Shown one piece after another: positions 57,580 through 64,000 of a stretch of DNA of 64,000 bases (position 1 is the first letter of the stretch; each line of letters opens with the position of its first letter). Origin of the DNA: Massilibacteroides sp. GTDB lineage: Bacteria > Bacteroidota > Bacteroidia > Bacteroidales > Tannerellaceae. A model generated the notes under the pieces. That model saw only the letters and a list, made by a program, of their open reading frames with translations, was not told the origin of the DNA and did not search any database. The DNA lies in contig JAQVZS010000011.1 of assembly GCA_028708075.1 (NCBI GenBank), positions 6,199-70,198 of the forward strand, given 5' to 3'. The position numbers and the translations under genes were made by a program.

Positions 57580-60012
57580 TTAAATGAAAAGATTGAGATT
57601 GGCTTCTTCTGCCCGTTCCAGGTAAGTTGCTACTCCCCCCAATGTCACCTGATCCATGAGTTCCTCTTTTTTGACACCCATTACATCCATACTCATGGTA
57701 CAGGCAATCATTTCCACTCCGTTTTCGATAGCCATGTACATCAACGATTCGAGACTGTCAATATTTTTTTTCTTCATAATATGCCGCATCATCCGACTGC
57801 CGATGCCGCCCATATTCATTTTGGAGAGTTTTAATTCCCCGCTGTGTGTCGGTAACATCCAACTGAACATTTTCCCCAACAGATCTTTTTCGACGGCAGG
57901 TTTGTTCCGTTTTTTGATTATATTGAGTCCCCAAAAAGTAAAGAACATTGTTACTTTTTCGCCTGTAGACGCGGCGCCGTTCGCTAAAACGAAAGACGCG
58001 ATCGCCTTATCCAGATCGTCACTGAAAACGACGAACGTTTTGTTTTTTTTATTTCCGGAAGACAATACAGAACATTGCTCTTTACGTTCCACGATAGCCT
58101 GGATAATTCCATTCTTGTTTTTCAACGAAGCCAGATTTGCTCCGGTCATTTTGCACCATGAAGTTACATCCTGTCCGAAAGCAGGATCAGTGGCTTCTAT
58201 AGTTAATCGTTCGCCCAATTTTAATGTACTGTAATGCTTTTTCAGTTGCATGATTGGTCCGGGACATTGCAATCCGCAGGCGTCGACGTGAATAACGGAT
58301 GTTTTTTCTTCTTGACCGTCTTCCATTGTCGGTTGATAGAACACCAATCGTTTGGATGAATCGGTTTTTGCCGTAGCCATACTCCAGGTTTTATAACCTC
58401 CGGATAGATTATATATTTGATTATAATCGTTTTGTGATAAGATGCGCCAAGCTAAATACCCTCTTAATCCGACGGCGCAGAACAACACGATTTCTTTGTC
58501 TTTGGATAATTCATTCAACCTCCCTCTTAATTCATCAATAGGAATATTGATTGCACCCGGAATAGTTCCAAGTTCGTATTCGTCTGAAGTCCTGACGTCT
58601 ACCAGCAAAGCGGTGGACGGTAATCCGGCTATTTCACGCCAATGAATGATCTTTGCTTTGCCGGTGAGAATATTTTCGGCAACAAAACCTGCCATGTTAA
58701 CCGGATCTTTTGCGGAAGAATAGGGTGGGGCGTAGGCTTGTTCGATTGTAATTAAATCGGCTATATTCCCTCCCTTGCTGATTACTTGTGCGAGCATTTC
58801 GATACGTTTGTCAACGCCGTCGATCCCTACGGCCTGAGCTCCGTATAATCGTCCGTTTTTCGGGTCAAAAAGAATTTTAATACTAATTGGTATTGCACCC
58901 GGATAATAACTCGCATGCGAAGCCGCGTGTGTATAAGAAGAAATGTAAGTGATTGACTCTTTTTGTAATTGTTTGGCATTTGCCCCCGATGCAGCGACTG
59001 TCAAATCGAAAACTTTTGCGATTGAAGTTCCGATGCTGCCAGCGTACGTGTATTTATTTCCGTATACAATATTGTCGGCGACAATCCGACCCTGTTTGTT
59101 TGCTGGACCCGCAAGAGGAATTAAGGCCTGTTTTCCCGTCACTAAATGGGTTACTTCTACAGCATCACCCAACGCGTAAATGTCCGAATTACTTGTTTGC
59201 ATGTATTTGTTCACTTCAATACCACCTAACGACCCGATCGTTAGTCCGGCTTCTTTGGCTAACTTAATTTCCGGTTTGACGCCGATACTGAGGATGACCA
59301 TGTCAGTTTCTATTTTTTCTCCACTTTCTAAATGGACGACGACTTCTTTCCCCGTTTCTTCAAATAGAGATACTCCGTCTTCCAAAATAAGTTTCACGCC
59401 CTTATCCCGCAAGTGTTGATGTACAATAGCGGCCATGGAATAGTCAAGAGGCGCCATAACTTGGTTGGCTTTTTCAACCAAAGTAACTTCGATATTTAAT
59501 TCGCGTAGGTTTTCCACCATTTCAAGTCCGATAAATCCGGCTCCAATAACTAACGCTTTTCGAGGGTTTCGACTACAAACATATTCTTTGATACGGTCGG
59601 TGTCGGGAACGGTGCGCAAAGAAAATATTTTATCCTGATTGATCCCTTTGATTGGCGGTTTGGCAGGAGCTGCTCCCGGCGATAAAATAAGTTTGTCGTA
59701 ATTCTCAAGGTATTCTTCGCCTGTAACTAAGTTTCGGACAAAAACTCCTTTCGTTGTTGGATCAATAGAGAGAACTTCTTGTTCGGTTCGGATATCAATG
59801 TTAAAACGTTCCGTAAATCCTTCTACTGTTTGAACAAATAATTTATCTCGTTCAGCAATTGTTCCTCCGATATAGTAGGGCAGACCGCAGTTTGCATAAG
59901 AAACATATTGTCCACGTTCGAATAGAATAATGGTTGCTTTTTCGTCCAATCGTCTTAGGCGGGCAGCAGTTGTGGCTCCTCCGGCTACTCCTCCTACTAT
60001 TAAATACTTCAT
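57580..60012 (-). CDS. CoA-disulfide reductase-like flavoprotein fused to rhodanese, TusA-like and DsrE-like domains
   Basis: 810 aa with GGVAGG, the redox Cys in SYANCGLPYY (C42), the rhodanese loop FCAVGLRG (C512), the TusA CPxP motif CGLQCPGPIM (C583), and the DsrE-like tail ending at IACTMSMD (C771). Confidence 0.85.
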   Translation of the reverse strand: MKYLIVGGVAGGATTAARLRRLDEKATIILFERGQYVSYANCGLPYYIGGTIAERDKLFVQTVEGFTERFNIDIRTEQEVLSIDPTTKGVFVRNLVTGEEYLENYDKLILSPGAAPAKPPIKGINQDKIFSLRTVPDTDRIKEYVCSRNPRKALVIGAGFIGLEMVENLRELNIEVTLVEKANQVMAPLDYSMAAIVHQHLRDKGVKLILEDGVSLFEETGKEVVVHLESGEKIETDMVILSIGVKPEIKLAKEAGLTIGSLGGIEVNKYMQTSNSDIYALGDAVEVTHLVTGKQALIPLAGPANKQGRIVADNIVYGNKYTYAGSIGTSIAKVFDLTVAASGANAKQLQKESITYISSYTHAASHASYYPGAIPISIKILFDPKNGRLYGAQAVGIDGVDKRIEMLAQVISKGGNIADLITIEQAYAPPYSSAKDPVNMAGFVAENILTGKAKIIHWREIAGLPSTALLVDVRTSDEYELGTIPGAINIPIDELRGRLNELSKDKEIVLFCAVGLRGYLAWRILSQNDYNQIYNLSGGYKTWSMATAKTDSSKRLVFYQPTMEDGQEEKTSVIHVDACGLQCPGPIMQLKKHYSTLKLGERLTIEATDPAFGQDVTSWCKMTGANLASLKNKNGIIQAIVERKEQCSVLSSGNKKNKTFVVFSDDLDKAIASFVLANGAASTGEKVTMFFTFWGLNIIKKRNKPAVEKDLLGKMFSWMLPTHSGELKLSKMNMGGIGSRMMRHIMKKKNIDSLESLMYMAIENGVEMIACTMSMDVMGVKKEELMDQVTLGGVATYLERAEEANLNLFI

Positions 60013-60064
60013 TTTTTATTGTTTTATGGTTTGTTTTAAGTTTATTATTGTGTTTTTGGGGTTA

Positions 60065-60072
60065 CAAAGGTA
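60065..60072 (-). promoter_or_regulatory. Putative -7 promoter box (TACCTTTG) for the CoADR-fusion gene
   Basis: TAnnTTTG match on the minus strand, 52 bp upstream of the ATG at 60012. Confidence 0.4.
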
Positions 60073-60160
60073 TAAAGTTTCTTTTATGTATTATGTCTTT
60101 TGGAAAATATATTTTTTGAATATATTTCCATCGTTATAAGTTGATGCGATGTTTAGTCAT

Positions 60161-60191
60161 AAAAAAAGCGTCTTCGGGAAAAGACGCTTTT
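60161..60191 (-). terminator. Intrinsic terminator after the DHOD-like gene
   Basis: Stem GCGTCTT / AAGACGC, extended by A/T pairs and flanked by A- and T-runs. Confidence 0.7.
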
Positions 60192-60212
60192 AAATTATTA
60201 ACTAGTACGTTG

Positions 60213-61190
60213 TTAATCTCTGTTTGAAAAGTATTTCATGAATTGAGCACGCTCGTACATTCCCGGATCCGGGATTTTGGCGTAATTTAATTTACCCCTG
60301 AATTCCTCAAGACTTCTGTATTTGGTTTGTTGCATCCATTCTTCAAGACAAGTAATAGCTTGAGAAATAATTTCGCCTCCCTGATTGTATATAGAACTAC
60401 ACATTTGAATAGCCGTTGCTCCGGTAAGAATACATTTGACAATATCCTCCCAATCATGGATCCCGGTAGAAGATGCAATATCAATCTCCGGAATTTTCCC
60501 CGAAATAATGGCTGTCCAACGTAAGGTATCACTTAAATCCGAATGGTTGCTAAATACGTTGCCGGAAACAATTTGTAAAGAATTAATGTCAATATCCGGC
60601 TGATAAAAACGATTAAAAAGAACGACAGCATCAGCGCCATTAATCCTTAGAGCGTTGACCAATGCTGGAAGATTGTCCACGTATTTCCCTAACTTGACAA
60701 TCACAGGAATCGAGACTGTTTCTTTAATTTTTCGAAGGATAGAAACATAATTATTTTTCAATTTTTCATTTGGATAAACTAAGTCGGTCTCCAGCGAAAA
60801 CACATTTAATTCTAAAGCATCCGCGCCTGCATCCTGTATTTGGATGGCAAACTCGATCCAAGCTTCTGGACGATAGCAATTAATGCTTGCGATGATAGGA
60901 ATTGAACAATTTTCTTTACTTTTCTTGATAAGTTCGATATAATTATTTACCTGATTGGCTTTAATATACCCTCGAATGTAATCGGATGCTTCAGGAAAGT
61001 CTGAATCTTGCATCAGAGAATGGCTGTGCATTTCTATTTGCTCTTCAAAAAGCGATTTTAAAACGATCGCTCCCGCGCCAGCTTTTTCTAATTCTCTATT
61101 TCTAACTGCGTTGTTTGTAAGTCCGGAACTGCTGACTATAATTGGATTTTTCAATTTTAGCCCGGCGTAAGACGTCGAAATGTCAATCAT
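60213..61190 (-). CDS. Dihydroorotate dehydrogenase-like FMN TIM-barrel protein (non-canonical)
   Basis: 325 aa with a class-1 DHOD-like layout (NPIIVSSSGLT, ALELNVFS, TGATAIQMCSS). The canonical LSCPN catalytic loop is not present. Confidence 0.75.
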   Translation of the reverse strand: MIDISTSYAGLKLKNPIIVSSSGLTNNAVRNRELEKAGAGAIVLKSLFEEQIEMHSHSLMQDSDFPEASDYIRGYIKANQVNNYIELIKKSKENCSIPIIASINCYRPEAWIEFAIQIQDAGADALELNVFSLETDLVYPNEKLKNNYVSILRKIKETVSIPVIVKLGKYVDNLPALVNALRINGADAVVLFNRFYQPDIDINSLQIVSGNVFSNHSDLSDTLRWTAIISGKIPEIDIASSTGIHDWEDIVKCILTGATAIQMCSSIYNQGGEIISQAITCLEEWMQQTKYRSLEEFRGKLNYAKIPDPGMYERAQFMKYFSNRD

Positions 61191-61283
61191 GTCTTGAGTT
61201 AATTAAGTTTAACTTTATAAAAATAGGATAAATGTTTAATCAGATGATTCTTTTACAATATTAACAAGGCTAAATCATGAAAA

Positions 61284-61949
61284 TTATTCTCTTACCTCGA
61301 ATATCTTACTCCCTATGCGAATCATATTGCTTCCTTCACTGATTGCAATTGGATAGTCTGCACTCATACCCATCGATAAAACGGTAAAATTTGCCGAATT
61401 TTGAAAATAGCTATTTTTTAACTCTTCAAACAGTATACGGAGACGGCGAAATTCCTGATGGATTTGTTCTGTGTTCTCCGTATTAGTCGCCATAGTCATC
61501 AACCCGTCGATTTGCAGATGGGGATAATCTTTAAGCGAGAGTGTCGAAAGTAAGTTTTTACATTCTTCGGGTGTAAACCCCGACTTCGTAGCTTCTTGTG
61601 CCAAATGAATTTCTAATAGAATACGGATGATGCGATTCTGTTTGGCAGCTTGTTTCTCTGTTTCGTTGATCAACTTTAATGAATCGATGCTGTGAATGGT
61701 ATGAATAAAAGAAGCAATCTCTTTAACCTTATTGGTCTGTAACTGGCCAATAAAGTGCCATTCGATATCGGCTGGAAGACTTTTCTCCTTCGCAACCAAT
61801 TCTTGTGCCCGACTTTCTCCGAAAATACGCTGCCCGGCGTTATAGGCTTCGAGTATAGCTTCTTTCGGATGATATTTGGAGACGGCTACGAGTGTGACGC
61901 CTTCAGGTAGAGAGGCTTTTAGGTGTTTTATGTTATTACAAATGCTCAT
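61284..61949 (-). CDS. yggS: YggS family pyridoxal-phosphate homeostasis protein
   Basis: 221 aa with LVAVSKYHP (the PLP lysine), HFIGQLQTNKV and SMGMSADY. Confidence 0.9.
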   Translation of the reverse strand: MSICNNIKHLKASLPEGVTLVAVSKYHPKEAILEAYNAGQRIFGESRAQELVAKEKSLPADIEWHFIGQLQTNKVKEIASFIHTIHSIDSLKLINETEKQAAKQNRIIRILLEIHLAQEATKSGFTPEECKNLLSTLSLKDYPHLQIDGLMTMATNTENTEQIHQEFRRLRILFEELKNSYFQNSANFTVLSMGMSADYPIAISEGSNMIRIGSKIFEVRE

Positions 61950-62425
61950 TGTCTTTGTTCTGCGATTAATTCTTCCTGTGATTTAGGTGTTTTAATTTCA
62001 GCCGAATATGGGAAAACGTCGATTAACAGTGTTTCTATTACTGATGCAATGACGTAATCTGCCATCGTTCCTTTCATTCCGTCTTCCAGAACCGCAATCG
62101 CTTCTTTTAGCGTAGAAGCTTGGGCTAACATTTGAGCTGCGGTTTTCTTTTCAGCACCACTCTTTTCGTCTAATGTAATAAAGTAAACTTTTATACGATA
62201 AAAACGATCTCCATTTTCATTAAAGAAAAGTTCGGATAAACGTGCCCTTTTGATCCCGGTTACAGTAAATTCACCCGAAATGTAGGGGCGTATTTCTTCA
62301 ATAATCCGTGCTTCTGCTTCTGTAAACGATAAGGCATCTACTAAATAGGGTTCGGTTACTTTCTTCTGCATCCCGTTTTCAAGAACTTTTTCGTACGTAA
62401 CCTTACATTCAAACCAATTGTGCAT
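61946..62425 (-). CDS. DUF4494 domain-containing protein
   Basis: 159 aa (MHNWFECKVTYEKVLENGMQKKVTEPYLVDALSFTEAE...). The family name is from memory. It has an ATGA overlap with yggS. Confidence 0.7.
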   Translation of the reverse strand: MHNWFECKVTYEKVLENGMQKKVTEPYLVDALSFTEAEARIIEEIRPYISGEFTVTGIKRARLSELFFNENGDRFYRIKVYFITLDEKSGAEKKTAAQMLAQASTLKEAIAVLEDGMKGTMADYVIASVIETLLIDVFPYSAEIKTPKSQEELIAEQRQ

Positions 62426-62460
62426 ATTTTTTTAATTAATTGTAAAACGCATTTTGTTAT

Positions 62461-62922
62461 TTATAATTCATCGCTGCAATACAGACTATTGGTATAAGGC
62501 AATGAATAATTGAATAACTCTGATTCCGTAAAGAATCGTTTGATTTCTACCGCAGCTGTTTCCGGAGAATCAGAGGTATGAACGATATTTTCTTGTATGC
62601 TCATACTGTAATCTCCACGAATTGTTCCGGGGGTCGCTTCCCTTCCATTTGTTTTACCGGCCATAGTGTGTACCACATCTATGGCATCTAATCCCTCCCA
62701 GCAGCAAACGACGACTGGAGTTGCCATCATTCCTTTTTTTATCCGCATGAAAAACGGTTTGTTAGCCAAATGGGCATAATGTTTATTGAGAATAGCGTCG
62801 TTTAGCCAAATCATTTTCATTCCTGCCAAGCGTAATCCTTTTTTTTCAAAGCGGGAAATAATCTCTCCGATTAATCCGCGAGATATGCACCCGGGTTTTA
62901 AAATAACGAGTGTTTTTTCCAT
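62461..62922 (-). CDS. ndk: Nucleoside-diphosphate kinase
   Basis: 153 aa with TLVILKP, GTIRGDY and the active-site motif NIVHTSDS. Confidence 0.95.
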   Translation of the reverse strand: MEKTLVILKPGCISRGLIGEIISRFEKKGLRLAGMKMIWLNDAILNKHYAHLANKPFFMRIKKGMMATPVVVCCWEGLDAIDVVHTMAGKTNGREATPGTIRGDYSMSIQENIVHTSDSPETAAVEIKRFFTESELFNYSLPYTNSLYCSDEL

Positions 62923-62941
62923 AAAGCCGGTAAATTAAAAT

Positions 62942-62974
62942 GAACCAATGCCGCACTATTGCGATCATTGGTTC
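62942..62974 (-). terminator. Intrinsic terminator after the TonB-dependent receptor gene
   Basis: 9-bp stem GAACCAATG / CATTGGTTC, followed on the minus strand by the T-rich ATTTTAATTT. Confidence 0.6.
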
Positions 62975-63009
62975 AAAGGTAGTTGTTTTTTTATATTTTA
63001 ACCGCCGAC

Positions 63010-64000
63010 TTAGAAACTCATTTTTAATCCCGCATAGAAATTTCTTGGCATAGCCGGTCCATAAATATAGCTGGAGGCTCTGTTTGGCCCTTTGTCGAAG
63101 TCTTTTTGATATTCATTAAATAGATTGCGAATGCCTCCATTGATTTCTAAAATGGATCCTCTGTAAAGCGGAACTTCATATGCTATTTTTAATCCGAGTT
63201 CGAAGAAGGCTGGTGATTTTTCGGTACGGTTTTTTTCAATAACTCCCGCTTCGTGCGGAATTAACATCGAACCGGTATAATTGCCGGAAAAGGATGTATT
63301 GAAACGTTTGAAGGGGGTTAATGTCGCGACAAAAAATCCATAGACATCCGGTGTTCGCATTATTTTCTTTTCTGGACGGACATCGTCGCTGGAGTCGTCC
63401 GACCATTTCCGCGCTTCGTCATATCTGCTGCGTTGAATGGTCGCACCGATTTGTAATTCTATTAATGTACTGTATGCTGTTCGCCCTTCTATATTGATGC
63501 CATACACTTTTGCCCCAGAAGCATTGACAATATGTTTAATCGTAGTCCCGTCTTCTTGTTCTTCTGATATAGAAGTGAACGGATCTTTCAGTTTGGTATA
63601 AAAACTTTCTACCAGAAAATTAACTTCTGTAGCGCCTATTTGATGGTACCAATCGATAGATGTACTCAGACTGTGCGATTTTTCTTCTTTGAGATCAGGA
63701 TCTCTTTCCGAAATAATATGACTTCCTCCGGCCAAATCGACATGCAAGTCTTCGTCAAATAGTTGCGGGGCGCGAAATCCTTGTCCATAGCTTACTCGAA
63801 TATTAATATCTTTGGTTGGATTGTAACGAATGTTTGCCCTTGGGCTAATTACACCGTTTTTCATTAAACTGTGTTTGTCTATTCTGGCTCCGATCAAAAA
63901 ACTCCAACGGACATTTTTCCATTCGTTTTGTAAAAATACGCTTTTAATGTTTATTTTTTGATTGATTATCTCCTCACGGTATCCGCTTCTGTCTTCCAGA
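63010..64000 (-). CDS. TonB-dependent receptor, C-terminal part (gene continues beyond window end)
   Basis: The frame stays open from 63897 to the window edge (LEDRSGYREEIINQKINIKSVFLQNEW...). It has a beta-barrel pattern and a C-terminal GLKMSF with terminal Phe. Confidence 0.85.
   Translation of the reverse strand, partial: LEDRSGYREEIINQKINIKSVFLQNEWKNVRWSFLIGARIDKHSLMKNGVISPRANIRYNPTKDINIRVSYGQGFRAPQLFDEDLHVDLAGGSHIISERDPDLKEEKSHSLSTSIDWYHQIGATEVNFLVESFYTKLKDPFTSISEEQEDGTTIKHIVNASGAKVYGINIEGRTAYSTLIELQIGATIQRSRYDEARKWSDDSSDDVRPEKKIMRTPDVYGFFVATLTPFKRFNTSFSGNYTGSMLIPHEAGVIEKNRTEKSPAFFELGLKIAYEVPLYRGSILEINGGIRNLFNEYQKDFDKGPNRASSYIYGPAMPRNFYAGLKMSF

Noticed and set aside
1-64000. A search for tRNA, rRNA, tmRNA, CRISPR, IS elements, integrases, toxin-antitoxin pairs or defence-system genes.
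   Set aside because: None was seen by eye. All larger ORFs have housekeeping or ordinary accessory identities, and the intergenic regions are short except for those reported. A covariance-model scan would be needed to fully exclude small RNAs.

Overview
The window looks like ordinary chromosomal backbone from a Bacteroidota (Bacteroidales-like) genome. Supporting signs: a V-type ATPase operon with a DUF2764 gene in the subunit-C position, a UpxY-type NusG paralog, DUF4494 and DUF4105/Lnb-like genes, TAnnTTTG -7 promoter boxes upstream of many starts, and A-rich leaders without Shine-Dalgarno sites. It is densely packed with about 52 protein genes, nearly all housekeeping: V-ATPase, phosphoglucomutase, L-serine dehydratase, PFOR/nifJ, fabD, tatAC, radA, hemH, recQ, recJ, tsaC, fmt, an RND efflux operon with an AraC regulator, secA, GH3/GH43 glycosidases, ndk and a TonB-dependent receptor fragment. 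I found no rRNA, tRNA, CRISPR array, transposase, integrase, phage genes or recognisable defence island. I cannot honestly claim a clear novel multi-gene system. Four things are not explained by the gene track. (1) Two inverted copies, 26.4 kb apart, of a ~92-bp non-coding element made of four palindromic ACARYTGT boxes phased every 22-23 bp. Each copy sits just downstream of the terminator of a protein-export operon (tatAC and secA). (2) Three CAAC-N8-GTTG inverted repeats spaced exactly 28 bp apart, upstream of an AT-rich two-gene module. That module encodes a protein with a nucleotidyl-cyclase-like N-domain fused to an HTH (SatD-like) and a His-rich polytopic membrane protein (DUF3307). (3) A single polypeptide that fuses CoA-disulfide reductase, rhodanese, TusA-like and DsrE-like sulfur-relay modules. 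(4) A 540-bp gap holding an untracked 52-codon ORF and hairpins. All functional calls rest on motifs read by eye in the supplied translations. No database search was possible.
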